A stretch of DNA of 64,000 nt. Origin: Candidatus Micrarchaeota archaeon. GTDB lineage: Archaea > Micrarchaeota > Micrarchaeia > Norongarragalinales > SBBD01. Of this stretch, positions 40,753 to 49,988 are shown piece by piece. The notes below the pieces were generated by a model. It was not told the origin of the DNA and made no database searches. It worked only from the letters and a program-made list of their open reading frames with translations. Within the stretch, counting starts at the first letter, position 1; each line of letters begins with the position of its first letter. The stretch lies in contig JAHJQN010000004.1 of the NCBI GenBank assembly GCA_018819225.1, forward strand, positions 128,001-192,000, written 5' to 3'. A program made the translations under genes and the position numbers.

Positions 40753-42984
40753 TTATTTTGACCTCAAAGGAGGTCTGTAAAATTTCATGAACGAGGCGCT
40801 CGTGGTAACGGAAACGCTGCTCATCGCCATAGCCAACCCCGCAATCGCCGGGTTCAACAGGAAGCCGTTGACTGCAAACAATACTCCCGCCGCAACGGGA
40901 ATGCCTACTACGTTGTAGATGAACGCCCAGAAGAGGTTCTGTTTGATTTTCCGCATCGTATAACGGCTCAAGTCAATCGCAGTAGCCACGTCGCGCAAGT
41001 CTTCTTTAACGAGCACGACATCCCCGGTTTCAATAGCGACGTCGGTTCCGCTTCCGATGGCGATTCCCACGTCCGCAGCTGCAATTGCGGGCGCGTCATT
41101 GATTCCGTCGCCCACCATCGCCACTACCTTTCCTTCTTTCTGGAGCTTTCTCACTTCTTTCTCCTTGTCTTCCGGAAGCACTTGCGCCAGCACGCGCTCG
41201 ATTCCCACTTGTTTAGCAATAGCTTCTGCCGTACGCGGGTTGTCTCCCGTAATCATCACCGTTTCCAATCCTTGCCGCCTCAATTCTTTCAGCGCCTCGT
41301 CCGCATGCTCCTTCAACGTATCTGCAACAGCGAGCACTCCAGCCAGCTTTCCTTGAACGGCTACCAGCATGGCGGTCTTGCCTCGCCGCTCCAATTTCTG
41401 AAGAGCTTGTTCCGCGGCCTCTGGAATATCTATTCGGTTGTTTTTCATCAACCGCCTGCTTCCTACCTTTACGGCTTTCCCGTTGACCGTTGCCTCTATG
41501 CCTGCGCCCGTCACTGCATTAAACTTCGATGGCGCCTGAAGAGCAAGTTTTCGTTTCTTCGCTGCTTCCACGATGGATTCGCCGAGGGGATGCTCGGAAC
41601 CGGACTCCGCTGAAGCGGAATATTCCAACAACGTTTTTTCGCTGAACCCCTGGAAAGGAATCAAGTCCGTAAGCGAAGGTTCACCTTTTGTAAGAGTACC
41701 GGTTTTATCGAATACGATGGTGTCGAGTTTCTGCATTTTTTGCAGGGAGGCCGCGTTCTTGAACAACACGCCATTCTGGGCTCCCAACCCCGTACCCATC
41801 ATGACGGCCGTCGGAGTCGCGAGTCCGAGAGCGCAAGGACAGGCAATAACGAGAACGGTAACAAACACGGTCAATGCAAACGCAAAAGGCATGGCCGCAA
41901 CAAAATACCAGAAAGCGAAGGAGAGAATAGCGATTCCAAGCACGAAGGGCACAAATACCGCGGATAGCCGGTCCACAAGCTCTTGAATAGGGGCTTTGCT
42001 TGCCTGCGCGTCCTCCACGAGCTTGATGATCTGCGCGAGCATCGTCTCTTTGCCAACCTTTAGAGCTTTGAACTGGAAGCTTCCGTGCTTGTTGATCGTA
42101 GCGCCGATTACCGGATCCCCTTTTTTCTTGGAAACCGGGATGCTTTCCCCTGTCACCATGCTTTCGTCGACTGCGCTCTCCCCTTCCGTGACCACTCCGT
42201 CCACGGGAATCTTTTCTCCTGGGCGGATGACGATCGTATCCCCTACCCCGACTTGCTCGATCGGGATTTCCAACTCCTTGCCCTTTCGGATGACTCTCGC
42301 GGTTTTTGCCTGCAGGCCAATCAGCTTCTTGATTGCCTCAGACGTGCGTCCCCTCGCCTTCGCCTCCAGCCACTTGCCTAAAACGATGAACGTGAGCACG
42401 AACGTGCCTACCTCGTAGTACAATTCCCCTTCGAAGCCGAGGGTTACCGCCGCACTGTACAGGTAAGCGGCGCCGACGCCGATGAGAATCAGGGAATCCA
42501 TGGTGGGGTTGCGATTGAAGAACAGCGCCCGGAACCCGCGTACGAAGATAATGCGGTTCACCCAAATCACGGGAGTAGCTAGCATCAATTGGATCCACGC
42601 GTTGAACGGGAGTACCGCGTTTGGAAGGAGAACGGGAATCCAGTTCAGGTGACCGAGAAACAGCACGAGGAGCGGCGTACTAAGCGCTGCGGAAATCCAG
42701 AAACGTTTCCGGTAGTCCGAAATTGCCTTTTCCCTTGCCTCCTTCTCGGCATCACGCTGTGCCCCTTCCTCAATCAATTCGGCCTCGTAGCCCGCGTTCT
42801 GAACGGCTTTCGCTATCGTTTTAAAGTCCAGCTTGCTTTCGTTCACTTGAATGACGGCTTTCTCGATCGCGAAATCGAATCGCCCTTCCAAGTAGCCGTC
42901 CATTTTCTTGAGAGCGGATTCCACGACGCCCACGCAATGAGGCGAATCCATTCCGGAGACATGCATCTTGATTTCGTTCGTCAT
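40753..42984 (-). CDS. copA: Copper-translocating P1B-type ATPase
   Basis: [26 protein letters not shown] and MAMSS Cu(I) ligands; N-terminal HMA with GMDSPHC. Confidence 0.96.
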   Translation of the reverse strand: MTNEIKMHVSGMDSPHCVGVVESALKKMDGYLEGRFDFAIEKAVIQVNESKLDFKTIAKAVQNAGYEAELIEEGAQRDAEKEAREKAISDYRKRFWISAALSTPLLVLFLGHLNWIPVLLPNAVLPFNAWIQLMLATPVIWVNRIIFVRGFRALFFNRNPTMDSLILIGVGAAYLYSAAVTLGFEGELYYEVGTFVLTFIVLGKWLEAKARGRTSEAIKKLIGLQAKTARVIRKGKELEIPIEQVGVGDTIVIRPGEKIPVDGVVTEGESAVDESMVTGESIPVSKKKGDPVIGATINKHGSFQFKALKVGKETMLAQIIKLVEDAQASKAPIQELVDRLSAVFVPFVLGIAILSFAFWYFVAAMPFAFALTVFVTVLVIACPCALGLATPTAVMMGTGLGAQNGVLFKNAASLQKMQKLDTIVFDKTGTLTKGEPSLTDLIPFQGFSEKTLLEYSASAESGSEHPLGESIVEAAKKRKLALQAPSKFNAVTGAGIEATVNGKAVKVGSRRLMKNNRIDIPEAAEQALQKLERRGKTAMLVAVQGKLAGVLAVADTLKEHADEALKELRRQGLETVMITGDNPRTAEAIAKQVGIERVLAQVLPEDKEKEVRKLQKEGKVVAMVGDGINDAPAIAAADVGIAIGSGTDVAIETGDVVLVKEDLRDVATAIDLSRYTMRKIKQNLFWAFIYNVVGIPVAAGVLFAVNGFLLNPAIAGLAMAMSSVSVTTSASFMKFYRPPLRSK

Positions 42985-43008
42985 GCTTTGCTTACCAGTA
43001 CTTTAATT

Positions 43009-43152
43009 TCATGGAATGGCATGCCGGATGATTTCGAGGTTACAGCTTTTGTGCTCCGCGCACCATAACTCACATTGTTCAGCGGTTTGTTGGTCCGCGT
43101 ATTTAAGGCCGCATTCTTCGCACGCGTACCGTTGGTTTTTCTCCGTTACCAT
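43009..43152 (-). CDS. 47-aa Cys/His metal-binding micro-protein (not in ORF track)
   Basis: MVTEKNQRYACEECGLKYADQQTAEQCELWCAEHKSCNLEIIRHAIP between copZ and copA. Confidence 0.8.
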   Translation of the reverse strand: MVTEKNQRYACEECGLKYADQQTAEQCELWCAEHKSCNLEIIRHAIP

Positions 43153-43170
43153 GTTTTTCCCATATTTCGT

Positions 43171-43398
43171 TTACTCGATGTCTGAAACTTTCGCTTCATA
43201 GCCCTGTTTGACGATGGCGTCCTTGAGTTTGGTCACGGTGGTTTTTCCTTCCTCGAACTCGACTTCGGCTTTTCCACTCGTAAAACTCACGTTCGCGCCT
43301 TTCACGCCTTCCGTTTGCTTCAGTGATTTCTCGATGCCTACGCTGCACGAGGCACAATCCATTCCGCTCACGGAAAATACGGCTTTACGGTTCGTCAT
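43171..43398 (-). CDS. copZ: Heavy-metal-associated copper chaperone
   Basis: VSGMDCASC HMA motif, about 75 aa. Confidence 0.92.
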   Translation of the reverse strand: MTNRKAVFSVSGMDCASCSVGIEKSLKQTEGVKGANVSFTSGKAEVEFEEGKTTVTKLKDAIVKQGYEAKVSDIE

Positions 43399-43480
43399 AT
43401 TCATCACACTCGTTACTTAACAACATCCTCCGGGTCCCATCATATCGATTCACCTTTGGTATTTCTATCCATTTCCAGCA

Positions 43481-43509
43481 TATATCAAAATCGGATATAA
43501 CATTATCCG
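43481..43509. promoter_or_regulatory. Candidate PadR operator palindromes in copZ/padR divergent promoter
   Basis: TATATC-N7-GATATA (43481-43499) overlapping CGGATA-N6-TATCCG (43492-43509), next to TATATATAA box. Confidence 0.5.
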
Positions 43510-43545
43510 CAATACGTATATATAACCCTTTGCGCGTATTCTACC

Positions 43546-44007
43546 ATGCCCGAACTGAAGGTATCGAATTTCAGCCGTTTTTTCGCATTGCTACTCTTGT
43601 ACGAGAAGCCTAGGCACGGTTATGAACTATTGAAGGAAGTGGGCCATCGCCTGGGCCAGCGGCAGAGTGCCGGACAAGTGTACCCCTTTCTGCGAACGCT
43701 GCAACGAAGGCATTATGTGTCCGTAGAGCAAACGGGAAATCGACGCAAGAAAGTGTTCGAGCTGACTCCCGAAGGCCGGAAGTTCGTGCGTTCGCTACTG
43801 GAAAAGTTCGATACGTTGCTCGAGGCATCCGTTCGGTCTCACCTCCGCACATGCTCGCACTGCAAATGCACTTTATATGAAAGCGGGATAAGAAAGCGCA
43901 TCAATGGAAAAACTAGATTTTTCTGTTGCGAAAACTGCGCCCGCGCCATCCAGCACTCCAAGCAAGAAATCCAACACGCCGCTCGGCACAAAGAACGGGT
44001 GAGTTAA
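43546..44007 (+). CDS. PadR-family regulator with C-terminal TRASH-like metal-binding domain
   Basis: PRHGYEL..S.GQVYP.L..RRKKVFELTPEGR; CSHC...FFCCENCA. Confidence 0.88.
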   Translation: MPELKVSNFSRFFALLLLYEKPRHGYELLKEVGHRLGQRQSAGQVYPFLRTLQRRHYVSVEQTGNRRKKVFELTPEGRKFVRSLLEKFDTLLEASVRSHLRTCSHCKCTLYESGIRKRINGKTRFFCCENCARAIQHSKQEIQHAARHKERVS

Positions 44008-44008
44008 C

Positions 44009-44398
44009 ATGAACATCGAAGAATTCGCGTACGAAGTTGAAACGGAAAAAAAATTCGGGGACGCCGTGGTCTCCGTCTTAAAGTCGGCGGAACAAAAAGG
44101 ATGGGCTTTGTTCCAAGTATACGATATAGCGGAACGACTGGCCGCCAACGGATTTGAGCAGAAGCCCGTGAAGATAATTGAGATTTGTTCCGCCAAGCAT
44201 GCGAACCAATTCATGAACGCGAATAGGCTGGTGGCGCTATGTCTCCCGTGCAAAATCGTCGTCCTGGAAGACAACGGAAAAGTGCGGATTGCCGGAATGA
44301 AGCACGCGCTTGTTTCACAGTTCTTTCCCGAAGTATCTCCAGAACAAACGGTGCAGGCCGATACGGAAATCAGGGAAATCGTGGACAACTCGCGCTAA
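44009..44398 (+). CDS. DUF302 family protein
   Basis: IIEICS.KHA, LCLPCKIVV. Confidence 0.88.
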   Translation: MNIEEFAYEVETEKKFGDAVVSVLKSAEQKGWALFQVYDIAERLAANGFEQKPVKIIEICSAKHANQFMNANRLVALCLPCKIVVLEDNGKVRIAGMKHALVSQFFPEVSPEQTVQADTEIREIVDNSR

Positions 44399-44440
44399 AC
44401 CCACAAAAGCATGCCCGTGCATTTTTTGGAAGGGGTCAGA

Positions 44441-44770
44441 CTAACCCAAAATTTCCTCCAGCGTTCTTCCCGTCGCTTCCTTCAAGAAAGCGGGATCCAC
44501 TTGCCGCAAACAATCCTCGAAGCGTTCGGGATGATGGCTCAAATGCTGTACGTTGCTTTCGTCCGTCATGTCCCCGCACTCGCTCCCCGTTTGATCCGCC
44601 TGATTCTCAAAAATCTGCTCGTTGTTCGTAGTCTCCAGAAGCATGCCTTCGCTGTCCGTATCCAATACCGGAACCGGTTTAGCGGCAGGCGGAGACAATA
44701 ACGCGATCGCCGAAAACGACAGCACGCCAACCATGACAAACAACACCGCGTATTCCATTACACTTACCAT
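44441..44770 (-). CDS. Membrane-anchored hypothetical protein with Cys/His motif
   Basis: N-terminal TM; CGDM..VQHLSHHP..FEDCL; GAGGTGA SD. Confidence 0.7.
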   Translation of the reverse strand: MVSVMEYAVLFVMVGVLSFSAIALLSPPAAKPVPVLDTDSEGMLLETTNNEQIFENQADQTGSECGDMTDESNVQHLSHHPERFEDCLRQVDPAFLKEATGRTLEEILG

Positions 44771-44775
44771 TTCCT

Positions 44776-45330
44776 TCACCTCGATAAAACGAATCTCACC
44801 ACGTACGAAAAGAATATGGCAGCCAGTCCTACCAACGTCATTCGAAGCCTTTCCTTGGACCCGAAAATACGTTGTACTTGAACAGGAAATCCGGACGAAA
44901 GCCCGAATTCATCATGCTTAGATAAAAGGTACGCGATTCCGGCCGCATTCGAGAGCACGCCAAGCAACAAGAACACCTCCCGGTAATCGAACAGGAAACC
45001 CGCGACGCCCGCGAGCCCCACGAACGGAAGAAAGTCGGTTACGTGATGCGCGCAGCAGGCCACCATGGCCGTTCCGGAAACGCCGGCAGACGCAACCATT
45101 CCAGCGGAAGCCGCCCGCTCCTTCAACTGCTTTTGAAGATGCAGGTGAAGACGCGCTTGGATGCCGAAACCTATTGCGAGCGCAATGATCCACGGCCAGT
45201 CAACAGAAAACTGCTGTTGAGCATGCTCCAAGGAATTCGCGAGCGTGATGATCCCGAAATAGAACGCGAATATCAGTGCGGCGGCCAGCACGCCCGCAAT
45301 ACCCGAATGGTTTTCAAGCCAAGTTTTCAT
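44776..45330 (-). CDS. Membrane protein with ACCAHH motif
   Basis: Multi-TM; GTAMVACCAHHVTD. Confidence 0.75.
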   Translation of the reverse strand: MKTWLENHSGIAGVLAAALIFAFYFGIITLANSLEHAQQQFSVDWPWIIALAIGFGIQARLHLHLQKQLKERAASAGMVASAGVSGTAMVACCAHHVTDFLPFVGLAGVAGFLFDYREVFLLLGVLSNAAGIAYLLSKHDEFGLSSGFPVQVQRIFGSKERLRMTLVGLAAIFFSYVVRFVLSR

Positions 45331-45428
45331 ACTCTTTTTTCCTCCGCCTTCTTTTTCTCGCATTCCTTGCAGGTGTCGCTGACACTGCAACAGTTAAAAA
45401 AAACCTTACCGCAAACTTTGCAGTTCAT
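45327..45428 (-). CDS. 33-aa six-Cys micro-protein (not in ORF track)
   Basis: MNCKVCGKVFFNCCSVSDTCKECEKKKAEEKRV; ATGA overlaps at both ends. Confidence 0.75.
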   Translation of the reverse strand: MNCKVCGKVFFNCCSVSDTCKECEKKKAEEKRV

Positions 45429-46108
45429 AGTATCCCCCCGTAAAGAATGAACAGACCGAGCAACAGCATGCCGGCTCCCAGAACAAGTTTAAAGTCGTTC
45501 AAATGCTTCTGCTCCATTCCCTCGATCCACTCCAACACCTTTCCGTTAGATGAAAACACGAGCGCGAGGATCAAAGGCATGACGAACATGACGTTGTAAA
45601 GGAAAAGGTAGAACAGGCCTTCCCCGAACGTGGCATGAGCGGAAACGAGTCCGAGTACGGCCACGTACAGGCCTCCCACGCAAGGGAACGCGCACAGACC
45701 GACCAAGAATCCGGCTATCAAGGCCGCTGGAACCGTTGCTTTCCGAATCGTGGATTCCACGTTTTCGGAGAATGCGAGGCCTGGAAGCTTCCAATTCATT
45801 CCATAGCGGTTGGCCACGACCGAAAGAATATTGAGCAGCCCCAAAATAATCAGAAGCGTTGCGCCGACCTGCGCCATGAAGTGACCTGAGAAGAACGTAA
45901 AGACTTGGAGGATGCCGAGGCCAATGAGTGAATACGCAAGGAATACTCCGGCGATATACGCCCATCCCATGCTTAGAATCTGTGATCGCGTTCGCTTGAT
46001 GGAAAACAGGAAGGCAATGAAGAAGAGCAGCACCGCAAACCCGCAGGGATGAATACCGTCCAGGAAACCTCCTACGACGACAAGCGGAATCAGGGAAACG
46101 GCGTCCAT
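45425..46108 (-). CDS. CcdA/DsbD-like transmembrane electron transporter
   Basis: DGIHPC and CAFPC..G.Y motifs, about six TM. Confidence 0.85.
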   Translation of the reverse strand: MDAVSLIPLVVVGGFLDGIHPCGFAVLLFFIAFLFSIKRTRSQILSMGWAYIAGVFLAYSLIGLGILQVFTFFSGHFMAQVGATLLIILGLLNILSVVANRYGMNWKLPGLAFSENVESTIRKATVPAALIAGFLVGLCAFPCVGGLYVAVLGLVSAHATFGEGLFYLFLYNVMFVMPLILALVFSSNGKVLEWIEGMEQKHLNDFKLVLGAGMLLLGLFILYGGIL

Positions 46109-46112
46109 TTGA

Positions 46113-46685
46113 TCACCTGAACTTGAGAATCAATCCAAGTGGGACCGTCACGATCAGCAACACCAATGCCCACCCGGCATAATCCGCGGTTTGCGGAGTG
46201 CCGGCCAGCGTCACACTTTGACGGGCACAATCAATAATCTCCTGAACAGCCTCGCAGTTCTTTATTTCACCGTTTTCCGTCATGACAATAAAAGGTTCTG
46301 GCTCCCCGCTCATGCTATCCCGAAACACCACCATTTTTTCCGGGACCGGGTTTTTCAAAAAAACCTTGACCTTGTCCGCGGGAACGTGACCCTCGAACAA
46401 GTACTGATTGTCCACCACGGTCACCATGTGGCCTTGCAACGTCAACGGTACGGAAAATGATTCCTGTAGCAACGCAAGTTCTTTCCTCACCGCCGCATCG
46501 TTGATGAACTCCTTCTCCACGATATCGGTCAACCCAATTTCCGTCAAGGCATCCTTTAGATCGACGAGGTAAGGCCCGCAATGCCCGCATCCTGCATTCT
46601 TGTAGATCGTGACCTGCGACGCCTCGACCTGCGCCGAAAGCCCGACAACGGCCAAAACGAGCACTAACCACGTCGCTACTTTCAT
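46113..46685 (-). CDS. Exported CxxC (DUF411/thioredoxin-like) protein with C-terminal TM
   Basis: Signal peptide, YKNAGCGHC, GHM, FEGHVP. Confidence 0.75.
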   Translation of the reverse strand: MKVATWLVLVLAVVGLSAQVEASQVTIYKNAGCGHCGPYLVDLKDALTEIGLTDIVEKEFINDAAVRKELALLQESFSVPLTLQGHMVTVVDNQYLFEGHVPADKVKVFLKNPVPEKMVVFRDSMSGEPEPFIVMTENGEIKNCEAVQEIIDCARQSVTLAGTPQTADYAGWALVLLIVTVPLGLILKFR

Positions 46686-46700
46686 GCAGAAAACCTCTTT

Positions 46701-46958
46701 TTAACAACCGCCGACCTGGGCAGGCAAATTAGCGATATTCCCGGGAACCTGCACATTCGTTGTCTTTGGCTGCGACGCGGCTTTCTGCACTTGCAGAGGC
46801 GCTTCCTGAGACGTGGAACCCGGCGAGATCTTAACGTTTTGAACCGATGTTGTCAGATCGTTCAGGTTGCCTGACAACGCCGAAAGCTGTACGGCTTGGA
46901 TGAGCGTGATGCCCAACAACACGCCCAACAAACCGGTTACCAACCATTCCGTTTTCAT
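46701..46958 (-). CDS. Membrane-anchored protein ending in QVGGC
   Basis: N-terminal TM, low-complexity stalk, LPAQVGGC*. Confidence 0.75.
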   Translation of the reverse strand: MKTEWLVTGLLGVLLGITLIQAVQLSALSGNLNDLTTSVQNVKISPGSTSQEAPLQVQKAASQPKTTNVQVPGNIANLPAQVGGC

Positions 46959-46974
46959 GTTTAACCACCTTTTG

Positions 46975-47295
46975 TTATTGGCCATGCATGGTCTCATGCA
47001 TTTCCCGCATACCCTCAAACCCTTCTTCTCCATGCCATTTCCCGCAATCCTCGAACGAAAAATCGTCTCCGTGCATGGCTTCGTGATGCGCGTTCATGGT
47101 ATCCAATGACTCTGGAGACGCGTGCATATCCATGTGCGATGCTTCCGTATTCCAGAAGCTTCCGTGCATGCGTTCCATGAAATCGCCCCCAGAACGCGGA
47201 GTATCCGCTTCCCCTAATCCCCCATGCGCCTCCACCCCGAAGGCAATCACAGCCAACAATAGTACCGATCCAATGACCAACCAATGTTCTTGCAT
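46975..47295 (-). CDS. Exported His/Met-rich metal-binding protein
   Basis: Signal/TM then MERMH, HMDMH, MNAHHEAMH, MREMHETMH repeats. Confidence 0.75.
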   Translation of the reverse strand: MQEHWLVIGSVLLLAVIAFGVEAHGGLGEADTPRSGGDFMERMHGSFWNTEASHMDMHASPESLDTMNAHHEAMHGDDFSFEDCGKWHGEEGFEGMREMHETMHGQ

Positions 47296-47312
47296 TTAGA
47301 TCGCCTAATTTC

Positions 47313-48134
47313 TCAACATCCGCCGACTTGTCCCGGCAATTCAACGGACGCTCCAGAACCGGCGGTCAAACCTTTTCCACCGCGATACTTGTTCGACTGA
47401 AGGTTCACGTAGTTCAAATCCACGCCGTTTTCCACGAGAAGAACGGCTTTCTTGACCGAGTCACGCGGGAAGTAAATCGTCTTCCATGCCCCGATTTCCT
47501 CCAGCATTTCATCGTCCGACATCTCGGGATGTTCCGTCACCAAGTATTTCAGTAGTCCGCGCATGGCAAACGAGTGCGCGCAACCGCAAGCCGCCTTTCC
47601 GGTCGGAAACAAAATGGATTGAGCGCCGCAACAATACTCGCAGGAAATCTGCAGCCCGATGCGCGCGTACCGTTCATTATCTTCCGCGTTCGGAAGCGCG
47701 TTTCCGTCATCGAGCTTGGCCATGATGTTCATGCTATTAACGGGATCATCAAAACTAACGCCGAGCTCCGACCCATATTTATTGGGAACGCCCGTTGGAA
47801 TGACTTGCGCCACGAGCGCGTTCAGGTCAAGCTCCCCTGCCGTCGTAATCGGTTGCGTGGTGGTGTCGGCAACCTGAACGGTTTTCTCCGTGTTTTCAAT
47901 GGAACGGGATGGTGCGCTCGCCAGTTTCGCGGACAGAGTCGCAATGCTTCCGGAAACGCCGACCGACTGGACGTTAATGTTATTGATCGTGTACTGGTTG
48001 AATGCAAGAACCAGTGCGATGAATACGATCAAGGCGTAGTGCGCCACGCGCATGTCGAAAACCACTTCGTTTTCCCGATGCCTGGCAAACGTTTTTTGCT
48101 CTTCATGCGCATGCTCTTCATATTTTGGTTTCAT
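47313..48134 (-). CDS. Membrane-anchored Cys-cluster protein (PCYCGC-like) ending in QVGGC
   Basis: TM; SCEYCCG...ACGCAHS; LPGQVGGC*. Confidence 0.8.
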   Translation of the reverse strand: MKPKYEEHAHEEQKTFARHRENEVVFDMRVAHYALIVFIALVLAFNQYTINNINVQSVGVSGSIATLSAKLASAPSRSIENTEKTVQVADTTTQPITTAGELDLNALVAQVIPTGVPNKYGSELGVSFDDPVNSMNIMAKLDDGNALPNAEDNERYARIGLQISCEYCCGAQSILFPTGKAACGCAHSFAMRGLLKYLVTEHPEMSDDEMLEEIGAWKTIYFPRDSVKKAVLLVENGVDLNYVNLQSNKYRGGKGLTAGSGASVELPGQVGGC

Positions 48135-48147
48135 TCAATCACCCAAA

Positions 48148-48237
48148 GCTTTACAAACGATGTAAAGCAACCCTATAAACATACGGATTTATAAGGCTTC
48201 CGTTACAAGGTATGTAAAGCTTAAACATTCGGTGTAA
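48148..48237. promoter_or_regulatory. Three BlaI/CopY-type operator palindromes TTACA-N5-TGTAA
   Basis: GCTTTACA-aacga-TGTAAAGC (48148-48168), TTACA-aggta-TGTAA (48203-48217), AAACA-ttcgg-TGTAA (48223-48237) in divergent promoter. Confidence 0.75.
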
Positions 48238-48284
48238 TGATAAGCTATATATAGAACGGTTCCTACCAAACCAAGGGGAATGGA

Positions 48285-48674
48285 ATGCGAAGCGCAGAAC
48301 GTGTCCAAAAATCCGAAACGCTGGAGAAGGGAGTGGCGTCGATGTTGAGTCCGCTCGAGACGGAAGTCTGCATCGCATTGTGGAAATACTGCAGTGGTTT
48401 TCGTCGCATGCGCGTGCGCCAAATCCACGCCAAATTGAAAGGAAAAAAAGTCGCGTTGACCAGCGTCGCCGTGATCCTGGACCGGCTCTACAAGCAAGGA
48501 CTCGTGGACCGCGAATCCGGCACGGGTAGGGGTGGCGTATTCTATTTGTATTATCCAAAGGCCACGCGGAAAGAGGTCGAGCACACGCTCATCGATTCCG
48601 CCGTCAATAATTTGATCAAGAGTTTCGGGCCGTCAGCCGTCACGTACTTCAACGAACGTTTTTCAAAAAGTTAG
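48285..48674 (+). CDS. BlaI/MecI/CopY family repressor
   Basis: LSPLETEV..ALW, VRQIH, ALTSVAVILDRLYKQGLV.R, Y.Y.P; no C-terminal CxC. Confidence 0.9.
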   Translation: MRSAERVQKSETLEKGVASMLSPLETEVCIALWKYCSGFRRMRVRQIHAKLKGKKVALTSVAVILDRLYKQGLVDRESGTGRGGVFYLYYPKATRKEVEHTLIDSAVNNLIKSFGPSAVTYFNERFSKS

Positions 48675-48682
48675 GTGCTTGA

Positions 48683-49435
48683 ATGTTCGAGTGGGTTACA
48701 GAACACGTTCCATGCATGATCTCTTTCGCGTCCAACCCCGCATACGTGGGGCTCTCGCTCGCCTCCATTATTCTGGCCGCGTTCATTTTCCTGAAATTTA
48801 GGGCCGAACAACGTTCCCTGAAACGCAAAGTGATTTTCGCGTACGGATTCTTTTCGTTGCTCGTGTTTCCGTTGATGCTGTTCCTTTACACGATGGCTTG
48901 TTCTTCGAATCCACTGGCGTGCCACGCCATGGGTTCGCTCGAAATCGCGACCATCCTGATTCCTGGAACGCTCGTGGTCTCGCTGGCAGCGGGCGTAGTG
49001 GGCATTCCGTGCCTATTCATTTTCTCGACTAAAAGCCGTCGCGTAACGGGTCGAGAAGCGCGGTGGGTCCAACGCCAAGCGCGCCGGATGGGCATTCGAA
49101 CGCCTCAGCTTTACGTGATCGACGATGCGCGACCGCAAGCTTTTTCATTTTCATCCGTTCTTTCCGCCGTATTCATTTCATTGGGTGCAATGGAATTGCT
49201 CTCCAAGAAGGAACGCGAAGCCGTACTCATTCACGAACTGGGACACATCCGGTCCGGAGCTTCTTCGCTGAAGTTTTCCGCGTTATTATTGAAGTTGGCC
49301 ACGCCCGTTTCTGCCAAAGCGTTCCATTCGACGTTGTCAACGGAAGAAAAGAATGCGGATGATTTGGCAGCTGCCGTGCAGGGAACGCGCAAGTACTTGA
49401 ACTCGGCGAAGAAAAAATTCGATGCGTTTGCGTGA
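48683..49435 (+). CDS. BlaR1-like (M56/M48) membrane zinc metallopeptidase without penicillin-binding domain
   Basis: Three N-terminal TM, P.AFS, E.EAVLIHELGH, EEKNADD; directly downstream of BlaI. Confidence 0.85.
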   Translation: MFEWVTEHVPCMISFASNPAYVGLSLASIILAAFIFLKFRAEQRSLKRKVIFAYGFFSLLVFPLMLFLYTMACSSNPLACHAMGSLEIATILIPGTLVVSLAAGVVGIPCLFIFSTKSRRVTGREARWVQRQARRMGIRTPQLYVIDDARPQAFSFSSVLSAVFISLGAMELLSKKEREAVLIHELGHIRSGASSLKFSALLLKLATPVSAKAFHSTLSTEEKNADDLAAAVQGTRKYLNSAKKKFDAFA

Positions 49436-49456
49436 TGTAAGGAGGGTGTAGGATTC

Positions 49457-49972
49457 TTGAATAAAATCTTTTGGGGAGGCGGCGCCGCAATCATTGTATT
49501 AGCGGTTTTGGCGTTCGCGTTAATGGGTTCGCCTAACCAGTCTGCGGGAAACCGTTTGCAGCTTGAAAGCGGGAATGAAGATGAAAACGGTCACGTGGCG
49601 CTTGAATCCATGCAAGTCACGCTTTACAAGTCGCCGAGCTGCGGTTGCTGCATCGGTCACACCAATTATCTGCGGGGAGAAGGCGTGCAGGTTAATATTG
49701 AGGAACGGGACGACATGGCGTCCGTCAAAGCAAAGTATAACATTCCTAGGAACATGCAGAGCTGCCACACCGCCGTATTCGGAGACTATTTCGTGGAAGG
49801 ACACATCCCCTTGGAAGCCATCGCCAAACTATTGGAGGAGCAGCCGGACATTGATGGCATCGCCTTGCCGGACATGCCTGCGGGTTCTCCGGGTATGCCG
49901 GGTCAGAAGAACGGGGACTGGACGGTTTACGCGATCAAGGACGGAAAAACGTCTACGTTCATGGTCATCTGA
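49457..49972 (+). CDS. DUF411 family metal-binding protein
   Basis: YKSPSCGCC, SCHTA, VEGHIP, MPAGSPGM. Confidence 0.92.
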   Translation: MNKIFWGGGAAIIVLAVLAFALMGSPNQSAGNRLQLESGNEDENGHVALESMQVTLYKSPSCGCCIGHTNYLRGEGVQVNIEERDDMASVKAKYNIPRNMQSCHTAVFGDYFVEGHIPLEAIAKLLEEQPDIDGIALPDMPAGSPGMPGQKNGDWTVYAIKDGKTSTFMVI

Positions 49973-49988
49973 ACGGTGAATTCAATCT

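Noticed and set aside
47313-47325. Selenocysteine readthrough at GGC-TGA (thioredoxin-reductase-like tail)
   Set aside because: The parallel QVGGC protein ends in TAA, no SECIS is evident and the next gene starts 17 nt later
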